From NCBI RefSeq assembly GCF_000315625.1, contig NW_005434606.1, positions 381,670 to 422,007 on the forward strand: DNA of 40,338 bases, written 5' to 3'. The DNA is from Guillardia theta CCMP2712. Lineage: Eukaryota > Protista > Cryptophyta. A program made the translations under genes and the position numbers. The notes under the pieces are model-generated. The model had not been told where the DNA came from. It searched no databases and was given only the letters and a program-made list of their open reading frames with translations. Positions 30,701 through 40,338 of this stretch are shown piece by piece. How positions within the stretch are numbered: position 1 is the stretch's first letter; each line of letters opens with the position of its first letter.

Positions 30701-33557
30701 TCACCCTCACCTTCCTCCTCGTCCTCGTCCTCGTCCTTGTCCTCGTCCTCGTCCTCGTCCTCTACCTCCATCCATGCTGCCTGAGAGGAGACTTCTTATC
30801 CCTTCCTCCCCACTCCCTTCCCTCCAACTCCATGGCTGCCTCTTACTTGCCTCCAGGCGTCCACCGTCCTCTCGACACTGTCAAAGTCGAGCAGGAGAAT
30901 AGAGGGGACGCCGAGTGTAGAGGACGAGAGCATGACTGAGGACACCTCTGCAGCCCCCCCAAACAGAAAAGATCATCCTTGGTCTTTCACCCACGTCTCT
31001 CAGCGAGGATGGGAGCAGAGAGGGAGAGAGTGCGGGGTGGCGACTACGTTCTGCGGGCACGCGATCCACAGGGACTGCTTGAACAGGTGGCGAAGGAGGG
31101 AAGAGGGGGAGGGGAGAGGGAAAGAGAGGAGACGGGGGGCAGGGGGCGGGGGAGAAAATAGAGGAGGAGGAAGAAGGAATGGAAGGACGAGGATTACGAA
31201 CAGAATAGAAGGAGGAGAAGGAGGAGAAGAAAAAGGAGGAGAAGAAAAAGGAGGAGGAGGAAGGGGAGGAGGAGGAGGAGAAGGAGGAGGAGGAGGAGAG
31301 GAGGAGGATGAGAGGAGGAGGAGGAGGAGAATGTTTTATGTTACTCACTTTGTCGCCTCTCTTTCACTGAAGGTATCAAAGCTCCATGACCGGCTTGTCA
31401 CGAGGAAGAGGGTCCTCCTCACCGGTGAATCGTGCTGGGGTCTTGTTGAGCGGCAGCTGAGGGAGGGATAGTTGCAGGCCGAGTTCTCCTGCCCGCTCTG
31501 CCGCGCCCTCGGGAACAACCTCGTCCCGCTCGTGCCCAAGGACTTGCTCTGCAAGCAGGTAGATTCGCTCCCCTCCCTCCTCTTCCTCTCGTTGAGTTTC
31601 GTTGGCTCTCCAAGGGTTCACGTCAGGCTGGACAGGCGATGGAGGAGGAGCAAGGTCAACAGCAGGAGCAGGAGGCTGACGCGAGGACAGAGGAGGATGA
31701 GGTAGAGATGTGCGCATAGTGCTGGAGTGTTTCTTCTCACAGGGAGGGCAGAGGATTGATGAGCGAGAGGACGCGTCTGACTACCTCATGCGCTCGGTCG
31801 ACAAACTCTTCCAACCCCGTGGGCGTCTGGTGGACCACAAGAAATCGAAGCTTCAGAAAGTCTCCCAGGAGGAGGGAGCTAAGATCGGGGGCGCGGCCGT
31901 GTTGGCAGAGCAGGCCGCGAGCTATCAGCCGGAGAAGGAGATGGCAGAAGTGATGGCAAAGAAGATTGTGGAGACTCATCTCTTCGCGCATGAGGAGGGG
32001 AAGGAGGAGTTCGAGGCCCCGACCAGCCCTACGTTGACAGCCATCTCCTCCTGCATCTATAGCATCTTCAGTATGGAGTCGGCCTGTCGGCTAGGTGACT
32101 CTCGTCCTTCTGCTTGTTCTCCTACTGCTACTGCTCCCGCCGCTCCCAGCGCTTCTCCTCTCACCTTCTTCTCATCCTCCTCTTCCTTCCCTTGACTCTG
32201 GTCCCAGACGGCCCACCTCCCAACTCCAGCTGCGAGGAGCCCGACGGCAGCTGGGGTTCACTCAGTAGCTTCACTGCGACCAAAATCGCTCCCTTCACAG
32301 CTCTCGTGCGAGCTGTCCGCCTGCTGCAGCAGAGCAAGCTCAGCCTCGACGGGGAGAGCATGAGGCACCTGACCATGTGGTCGAAGCTACTCCGCGGCAT
32401 CGGAGCAGAGGAAGCGGCAGCAGCCAGCCAGCCGGGCAACGGCGATCTCCACATCAAGTGCGTCCTAGAGGCCGACGTCTGCTCCCTGCTCGTCCACTGG
32501 CTTTTCCTGTCGTCGTCCTCCAAGTCCGACACCGAGCTGTCGGGGGAATTCGACGGTTTCCTCCGTATCTTCTGGGTGGCGCAAGTCATGCAGGCTGTCC
32601 TGGCGCTCAGCGACGGAAGCGCTGCCGGCCGGGCTGCAACAGGTGACGAGGAGGAGGAGAAGGACAGGATCGGAGAAGACAGAGAAAACTTCTCGCAGCT
32701 CCTCTTTCTGATGGACTCCGTGCTGGGTGCTGGTCTGAGCGACGTTTCGACTCGCCTTCCCCTCAACAGGGTGCTGGAAGCAAGCCTTCCCTTCCTGCGC
32801 AGGTGTTGCCTGGTCAAGAGCCTGTTCTTCGCCCTCCCCCTCCCCAGCTACGAGCAAACTAGCAAGCAGGAAGAAGCCCTCATCCTGGTCCACTTCCTCG
32901 GACTCACGGGTCAGGGAGGGATTCCGAGCATGGAGGGCACGATGGAGGTACTCGTTAAGCGATGGTGCGAGGCGTTTGCGGAGCGGCACCAAGGAAGCAG
33001 CCGGTTCTCCTTCCTCTCCAAGATGTACAGGAGGAGGGCGGCCAGACCCTCCTTCATCGACCTCCCTCGGGACTTCCAGGAGCTCTTCCAGATCGTCCTC
33101 AAGCAGCCGTGCCGGACTTGTGGGATGAAGCCGACGGAGCCGGCGCTGTGCTTCATGTGCGGGGCGATCGTGTGCGCCGGGGGCGACTGCTGCAAGAAGG
33201 AGGGGAGGGGCGAGTGCACCCTGCACACAGAGCAGTGCGGAGCAGGAATCAATGTTTTCCTCATCATCAAGACCTGCACTTTCCTTGTCATACGGTCCGG
33301 GATAGCCCACGGGGCCGGGGCCATGCTACCGTCGCCGTACCTGGACGAGCACGGGGAGGAGGACTTCTACCTGCGGAGGGGAGAACCCTTGTTCCTGTCG
33401 CAGGAGAGGATATTGGGCTTGCTCAAGATGTGGGTGTCGCATCAGTTCAACTACGAGGTAGTGTCTTGCCTGCGCTGGCGGGGGCCGTCTGACCGCTTCA
33501 CAGCTGACTCGCTCCGGCGCAAGGAACGAGGGCATTTGGTCCTGGAGCGCGTTATAG
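24299..33557 (+). CDS. UBR1: N-recognin E3 ubiquitin ligase, UBR1/UBR2/PRT6 family, multi-exon
   Basis: UBR-box zinc finger CGHVF..IYKCLQC..DPTCCFCSKCF..H..GGCCDCGDPEAW..FCSIH (~24565-24776); ClpS-like domain VLHNDDIHDMDTV..AH.HGSAIV (~24923-25130); SVQVFTVPS; SLHCPLHR; W.RNG; winged-helix RRLLIHRLAVEATTHS..GTYCLK; split RING CVLCHE...CGHAIHRDC...EFSCPLCRALGN; C-terminal PALCFMCG..GECTLHTEQCGAG..PSPYLDEHGEED..LRRGEPLFL. Predicted last exon LTRSGARNEGIWSWSAL* ends at 33557. Confidence 0.95.
26619..26718. other. Assembly gap (N) in UBR intron
   Basis: 100 N within a GGA-rich intron. Confidence 1.
27593..27719. repeat. (CCTTCT)n grading into (CCTGCT)n hexamer microsatellite, intronic
   Basis: Visible array in a UBR intron; the second unit is the same as the GH5 repeat. 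Confidence 0.9.
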
Positions 33558-35535
33558 GGGGCATGCCATCGCCAAGTGTTGTCTCTGTAGATAGCAAGCG
33601 CAAGCGTGAAACGCCAGGGAGCGACTGGATGAAGCCTTTGACCTCAGCTCCTTACACACTGAACCCCCACAGGTTGATAGCTACCACCCCCCCTCCCTGG
33701 CCTCTCTTCCTTGGGAGCTGCAGGTGGCTATGGGTAGCGTGTGAGCTATGCAATAGAGGTGAGGGAGGAGGGACGGGAGCTTTCATTTCATTAGTTGTTG
33801 TGAGAGGTATCGCCGTCTTCAGTGATCCTTCTCTTCCTTTCAACGTCCATCAATTCCATTCCTTGTGACCCGCTCCACATCATCGAGATCTTCAGGATGG
33901 CTAACATCGCGATTTCGATCATCTCTACCTACAAAATCCAACGAATGTAAAGCCCTGAAGGAAGAAAATTTCAGTTCTGTGTTCAACTCGCCAAACCACG
34001 ATCCTGTTCCATGATTTCATCACCACCCCGAAACACTTTGCGGGAATTCCCAGCGTTCTCATATCCCCTCCATGTTCGCTCTATGATATCACTGCGTTTG
34101 TACTGATCACTCCTCCCTCCCCTCCTCCTCCCTTGACCCATCATCCACCAATGTCGACTTCGCCCATATTTTCTCTCCCTCTATTTGCGGTTTTCCGTTA
34201 CGAACCGTTATCGTTCGTCCAGAGGGAGGTTACACAGAAGTCAGTGGATCGTAAAAACCGTTACATACGTTTAAACAATGGTAGTTCTCAAACCATACAA
34301 GGGGGGGTCGCAAGCGGTAGCGTCATTTAATTTGGGATAGATTCGTATGTTGATAAGTTTATTTTTCGCAATGGAAGGCAGAAACATCTTTATTTTGAAA
34401 ATTTCACTAATAATTTCAAATACAATTAGGTTACATATGCATCTGTTTTAGAGTACACCCCATTTCGCAGTAAAGATCGCATGTTCGACCTGAGAAGGAG
34501 ATCGCACGAGATAATTTTGAGATCACAACCTTTCGCTCGGTGACCTCCTGTGATACGTCCCCGGTACCCTACCCTCTCTTTCCCATTAAATTACCCGACC
34601 TTTGACATGCGATAGTCAAACCCACCCCCTCTATTGAAACTGGTTACCCTACCCATAGCTTCCCAATTTTGAGTACCCCTACCCTCATTTTAACCAACTA
34701 CTACCCTTCTTTTTGTCCAACAACTAGATACCCTACCAGGAAAATACAAACAAATAACCCTACCCCCGATTACAATTGTGGCAATGGCAGGATCTGGAGG
34801 GGAAGCATGCTGAAAGGCCTCAAGGAGGAGAAAGGGCTGGGAGGAGGAGGAGGAGGAGGAGGAGGAGGAGGAGAAAGATTTGAAACTATGACAGAAGATG
34901 ATTGCGATCTCATGACGAGTGATCATGGACGGATCAATATGATCAACGTCTGAGTGGTTGATGTTGAGGACAGCAATTTTATGTGGAATGGAGAAGTGTT
35001 TGAATGTTTGAGACATTTCAGATCATTCAGACGATATAAATAGTGGAGGACATTGCAAAAGAAAAAGTCTCGATAATTGTGTAGAATGAGGCGACTGAAA
35101 TCCGTGTGAGATAGTTTGCACTAGATGCTTTGGATCAATCAATTCGAACCATCCCACTTTGAATCCCTGAAAATCTGATCAGACCATGATAAAAAGCTCA
35201 CCTGTATGTCGCAAATGAGGTTTCCTTACGTGTTGGGAAGAGGACGACCAAATCCCGAAATCTTTCTTCACATTTCGTGCTCTTGTTCACTGACTAATTT
35301 CATGCGACCGCATGCGCTCATTCAAACGCTGTGTAGCTGGCTTTTGCTCAGACATTAACGTTTATCTTTTTTAGGATATCGATAACGATACGGTGTTTGA
35401 AGAGATGCGGATTTGTGATTGAACGATTTCAACATAATCCGTGGAGATTGAAGATTACATGCTCAGGGGCACGAGTCCCAGCAGGGAAGGAAAGCTAAAG
35501 TAGGTTCAGAATTATCAATATTTGTGGTAAGACAG

Positions 35536-37483
35536 ATGGAAGACTGGTCATTCCTGCATGCTGGAGAGCTTCAGGATCCATCACTGCAGCCTGCTAAGAA
35601 GAGAGATCCACAAGATGGGAGCTTTGAACCTCCGATCCTCAATGGAAGGGCTCCTCGTCTACAACAGCCCCCGCTGAGCTATGTCTTGTCGGCAGGCAAG
35701 GCTAACCCGCAATTGATGTTGTGTTGCTGATCCCGTGCCATGACAGGCTCTGCTTTCCCACCCCGAGCTACCTTCGGACCTCTTGAATCGAACATACATG
35801 CCAAGATTTCCGCATACGAAGGTCCGGGGGGCAGCGAAGTGCCAGGGTACCCGTGGGAGATGCCTTATCTGTCCATGTACAATCGAAGCGAGATCGGAAT
35901 GGCGCAGCCTGCGAACTTGATGGCCAAGGATCTGGAATGGCAGAAGGCTGGAGCGATGCAACCCCCGCCAGACAGATTGAAGAGACAGCGAATCGACCAA
36001 GAGATCGATTTTGTACAAAAGGATGCGTTGGTGGTGAGTGTATCCGAGCCTGTGGTCCAAGGCGGTGCTCTGAGTTTTCTAACAGGAATTAGCGAGGGAA
36101 AATTTAATGATCAAACATCAAATACATGTAGCAAACTTAGAGGTAGGGGTTAAATATCCTACGAATTGATTCCTGACAGGGGTTCTAAACAGGTGCAACG
36201 CCTCAAGCAAATATGTGGAGAGCTTGAAAGCGAACAAGCGGACTCAAAAGATTCCAAGGTGATCAGACTTGAAGCTTCATTCTTCGAGTGTAACATGAAA
36301 TTTGGAAGTCCCGGTACTGGACAGAAGAAGAGCACCAGAGATTTCTCGAGGCTGTGGAAAAGTTGGTTCCATGACTTGATTGAATTTCTTGCTTATTGTT
36401 TGATTTCAGATATGGACACAAGGACGTGAAGTCAATATCTTCAATAGTCGGGACAAGGAGTGCTACTCAGGTGAAAAAGCTTGTTAAAACATTCTTCTAT
36501 TCATAGTCATTAGGTTCGAACCCACGCCCAAAAGTATTTCATGAAGATGGCCAAATCGAGCTTACAAGTGGGTTTGTTGAACAAAACTGAAAGAAGTAAT
36601 GAGCGCTCCAGGATCAATCAGCGGAAGATACAGAGGCCAGCACCAGCAGGCAGAAAGTGGTTGTTGAATACACCTTGCAAGTCGAGATGACCTTATGACT
36701 CGTTTCCAGGTTCAGTGCACCAGCGACTCTGTTGAGGCGGCAGCTGCAGCTGCGTCTGGTGAAACCGGAACCTCTGCTGCCGCTGCCGCTGCGTTTGTTG
36801 CTGCAAAGAGCATCAAGCAGACTCTGGTCACCAAACAGGTATTCTGTTTCCATGAATGATTTTGGTTTGATGCTTATGAAGCATGGGGCACCCACCGTGG
36901 AGGGTGATACCCATCACAAGAAGAAGATCAAGAATAGAATGGCAACAGGAAAGGGACCGGGATCTCCAGGATCAATGGGAAGCAGGTACGCTACACGGCA
37001 ATTGGTCTACATGGAGCTGAACATTGATTCCAGTGGATCGCTCGGAAGTTCCGATTCAACCTCCAATGGCAACGACTCAAATGGCGGTAATCATTTACTA
37101 CATAGAAACTTTATCCAAAGGGAAGTTGATTTCTACATCAGTCCGCTCTTCGGATGCAACCAATGGAAATGGATCGAGTGGGTCGAGCCATAGCAATGGA
37201 CACTTCAACAGCAATGTACTCGACCACAAGGTCTGCTGGGTCGCTTCTGCGTCCTGATTCCCGTGATGCAGGGAAGTTCTTCCGATTCTGGAAGAGGAGA
37301 CAGCAACAACGGAGTGTCTTCCAATGAGGGATCGGATCATGGCTTTTTTGATACGGTATGCTTCTTCTCGTAATGCTGCAACGTTTCTGTCCCCTGTGCG
37401 AGGGGGAGAAATGCATTTTCTAACGAGCCCTGCAGGCTGAAGATGATGTTGATAACTTCGAGCTCGAGGCGGCGCTGGTTTGA
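35536..37483 (+). CDS. Hypothetical multi-exon protein with short coiled-coil segment, Ala tract and Ser/Gly/Asn-rich C-terminus; start uncertain
   Basis: Regular ~45-55 nt GT-AG introns separate open exons: DRLKRQRIDQEIDFVQKD, VQRLKQICGELESEQ, EAAAAAASGETGTSAAAAAAF, SSDSTSNGNDSNG, and final AEDDVDNFELEAALV* (TGA 37481-37483). Confidence 0.55.
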
Positions 37484-37552
37484 GAGGACGGTAACTCCCT
37501 TCACCATTGCATTTGTCAGCCAGTCGAGTGTGTAATGGAGGTTTTTACCCCT

Positions 37553-39997
37553 TCAGCCCGGCGTTTCTGAAGCCTCAAGGATGATTCTCAGCGTTTGATC
37601 GAGGAGTTTGTTGTCTTGCGCAGACAGTAAACTTCTCTTCTCCTCCAGCTCCAAGCAGGGTCGCCACAGGTTTCGATCCAGCAACCGGCCTGAATCCACG
37701 AGTGTTTCCCTCACTGGTATCGTTGAGCGTCCTGCTTGCTTGAGGCGGAAGTATTTGTATCGCAACAGGCGAAAGTCTACCTCCTCCTCCTGCCTCTGGA
37801 TGGTCAGGCAAATCTCTGTCCCCGCCCTCCCTGCTATCATGCTCGCCACCTCCTCGATATGCAAGTTCCTCGTCGAAGTTCCATCGACCTGCAGTGAACC
37901 ATCAGCCAAGGCCTGCATGCTGCTGCCTTCTTACCGCCACGACCTCGTCGCCGACGCGGATCCTCCCATCCACGTCGGCTGCTCCCCCTGGCAAGATCTC
38001 CTGCACCCGAGGGAAGTCGTAGGAGATTGCGCCGCGCTTGCCGATCTTCCTGGTCTGGAGGAGAGAGACTCCTATGGTCCCGTCCTGCTCGTCACTGCTC
38101 CCGTTGTTGGAATTCCTCCATCTCTCAACGATGTTCACATAGTCCGGCCACCACTCCTCCTGCTTGCTTGCTGTCACTGTTGTCGGTCTCTTCTGCTTGC
38201 ACTCGACATTGTAGACGCGGGTGTCATCTGCATAATCTGAAGGATTAGGAAGAGTTTCCCTGCTCATGTCATCCTCATTTTTACGATCTCTTTCGCCCTC
38301 ACCGACATTCCTCTCTCCCTCCTCCGTATCTTCTCTGTCCAGGAGCTGAGACGTCTCCTTCAGCAGCTCTCTTGCCGAGTCCAGCAGATCCCCACGTGTA
38401 ATCGAGCTGCTGAGATCCCCTTGCCCCATGCTGTGGATCGCTCTGACCTCTGGCCCACAACTCCAGCTCCCTCCCTTGCTCAGCTCAGGCTGGAGCGACG
38501 GAGCTGAGAAGCGATTCTGATCTACAAGACTTCGCGAGAACCCTCCCGAGATCAGCTGGCTGATCCTCTTCACGTGCTTGCGGCGGTAGGCGACCGCCTT
38601 GAGACGCCAGCACAAGGCGCCGAAGTCTCTCCAGGCCCGCTCGTAGTCCCGCCTCGTCAACCTCGCTTGTATCTTCGCCACGATGACCTTGGCACATTCT
38701 CGCTGCAGCTGGTACATGTGCTCCTTCGACTGACGCCTCCACTCCCCGTGCATCTCGATGTGCTGCTCTCGAGGAGGAGAGGGGGCGAAGCTCTTGGGCG
38801 GGGACCTGACCAGCATTCTTGCAAGGGGAGGGATCAGCTTCCTCGACATCGCGATCCTCCTCCTCACATGCGCCTGCAGAATCCTCGCACACTGAGGGGA
38901 GCCGAGCGACGTGATGGCTGGAGCCGCAGGGGAGACGAGAGCTGGAGGTCTGGCCTCTCTCCTGCTGGTGAGCTTGTGCACGTAGAGTCTGACGCGAGGG
39001 GAGATGATCTGAAGGGACCTCATGATGTTGACAAACCTTCTTCTCCTCACCAGCCTCTTCAGCGTCGCTTGAACCACCCTTATGCATTCCATGTCGTAGA
39101 AATGCTCGAGCTGAGACCACATTCTCCTAACTTGGGCCTGGAGGATCGCAACCTCGTGTATGACACTCAGCCGATGGAGGAAGACCACCAGCTGTCTGAT
39201 CTTGCTCTTGAGCTCCTCACAGCCAACCAGCTGCGATCCATATCGCTGTCGTTGGACCAGCATCTGAAGCGAGGAAGATAGTCTCATGGCAGATACCTGA
39301 CGCAGCCTCCTCCGCGCTGTCGTCTGCAGGCTAGCGGCAGCAGCCCGACAGCGTAGAAAGTTTGACTTCCCCACTCTCATCGCCATCACCGCAGCCTCGA
39401 CCTGCCCGAAGGCTCTCCTCTTCATCCGGTTCAACTCCTTCGCCTCACGAGATAAACAAACCTCACAAGCTGCATGAATCTCGCATGTCCCGCGATTCAC
39501 ACCGTCTGACAAGTCCAGCACAGCCTGCTTCCCCTCGCAAGAGACGCGGTCCTCAACAGAGAAGAGCAACACCTGCCTGACGTCCTCTATCCTCACCTCC
39601 CACCTCCCCATAGGAAACGATCTCTTCGATTCCCATCTCGTCACAGTACAGGAAAGTCTCGAAGGCAAGTCTTCTCCAACTTCAAATCTGATCGCCTCGC
39701 TCCACTCCTGGTGGATCATCACACAGAGAGATGCGGGACAAACACAACAGCAGTCACCACGAGAGGAGCTGGCTTCTTCCGACTTGTCTCCAACTTCTCA
39801 TCCCCCAACTCAAAGGAGAGGCAGAACTTCGTCTTGGAAGCGAGCTTGTTCGCTGCTTGTACTCTCAGCCTCGCCTGCACGTCAAGCAGGAAGGAAGGTC
39901 TGCTGCCGGGGAGTTGCCTGCTGCCTGTGTCCTCGGCACATGTAGGGGCCTTCTCCTTCTTCTTGCTGAGCGAGATGCTCCGCAAGAAGCGCTTCAT
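37553..39997 (-). CDS. C2-like domain + IQ-like repeats + PDZ domain protein
   Basis: Exons 39997-39758, 39707-37935 and 37888-37553. C2-like: LRVQAANKL..FCLSFELG..ETSRK..PLV|EWSEAIRF..L.CTV..PMGRWEV.I. IQ-like: LQAQVRR, VQATLKRLVRRRRF, LQAHVRR, IQARLTRRDY. PDZ: IGVSL..RVQEILPGGAADVDGRIRVGDEVVA|VDGTSTRNL.IEEVASMIAG.AGTEICLTIQR. Confidence 0.8.
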
Positions 39998-40227
39998 CGG
40001 CTCCTGGTAATCGCTGCGAAATCAGTTTCACGGCAATGGCGGTCTGGTGAGCTGGGATGCTCGAGTACGATATGACAAGAATGAGTGAACAAGGAAGGAG
40101 GAAGGGAGGAGGAGAGAGTTCGAGAACTTGAGAGGGATAAAAAGAGGAAAAGAAAGGAGGAGCCTGTGGAAATCAAGAGTGGGAGGCGAAGGGAGGAGGA
40201 GGAGCAAGAGGAGGAGGGGGGATGGTG

Positions 40228-40306
40228 GAGGTGGAGGAGGTGGAGGAGGTGGAGGAGGTGGAGGAGGTGGAGGAGGTGGAGGAGGTGGAGGAGGTGGAGG
40301 AGGTGG
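40228..40306. repeat. (GGAGGTGGA)n 9-bp tandem repeat
   Basis: Visible perfect array upstream of the C2-IQ-PDZ gene. Confidence 0.9.
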
Positions 40307-40338
40307 CGGGGGAGGGAGGGGTGGAGGGAGGGTGGGGC

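Noticed and set aside
33458-33868. C-terminal 135 aa of the 584-aa ORF as part of UBR
   Set aside because: A GT donor after NYE and an acceptor at ~33503 give a short typical UBR ending (stop 33557); the read-through is likely intron and UTR.

Overview
Eukaryotic nuclear DNA from an intron-rich, microsatellite-rich draft assembly with four N-gaps. The many ~45-55 nt GT-AG introns and simple-repeat-filled introns resemble a cryptophyte such as Guillardia theta; this is inference only. Most ORFs in the six-frame track are repeat artefacts, so genes were reconstructed by manual splicing. Genes in order: (1) a Ski2/Mtr4-family DExH RNA helicase (+, ~34-9173) with a long in-frame N-terminal extension running off the window and an apparent 1-nt frameshift; (2) a GH5 endoglycoceramidase-related glycosidase (-); (3) a PH-domain AGC kinase with Akt/PKB architecture but non-canonical regulatory motifs (+); (4) small hypothetical and coiled-coil genes; (5) a UBR1/UBR2/PRT6-type N-degron E3 ligase with UBR box, ClpS-like domain and RING (+); (6) a Ser/Gly/Asn-rich hypothetical gene (+); (7) a C2-IQ-PDZ protein (-). 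The most unexplained structure is non-coding, at ~17500-20470: a ~2 kb strand-biased GGGGTA-rich arm, an AT-rich skew switch, then a ~700 bp very GC-rich island. The island is packed with GAGTC/GACTC motifs and single-base-centred palindromes and is bounded by an 11-bp direct repeat. No rRNA, tRNA, CRISPR array or recognisable transposase was seen.
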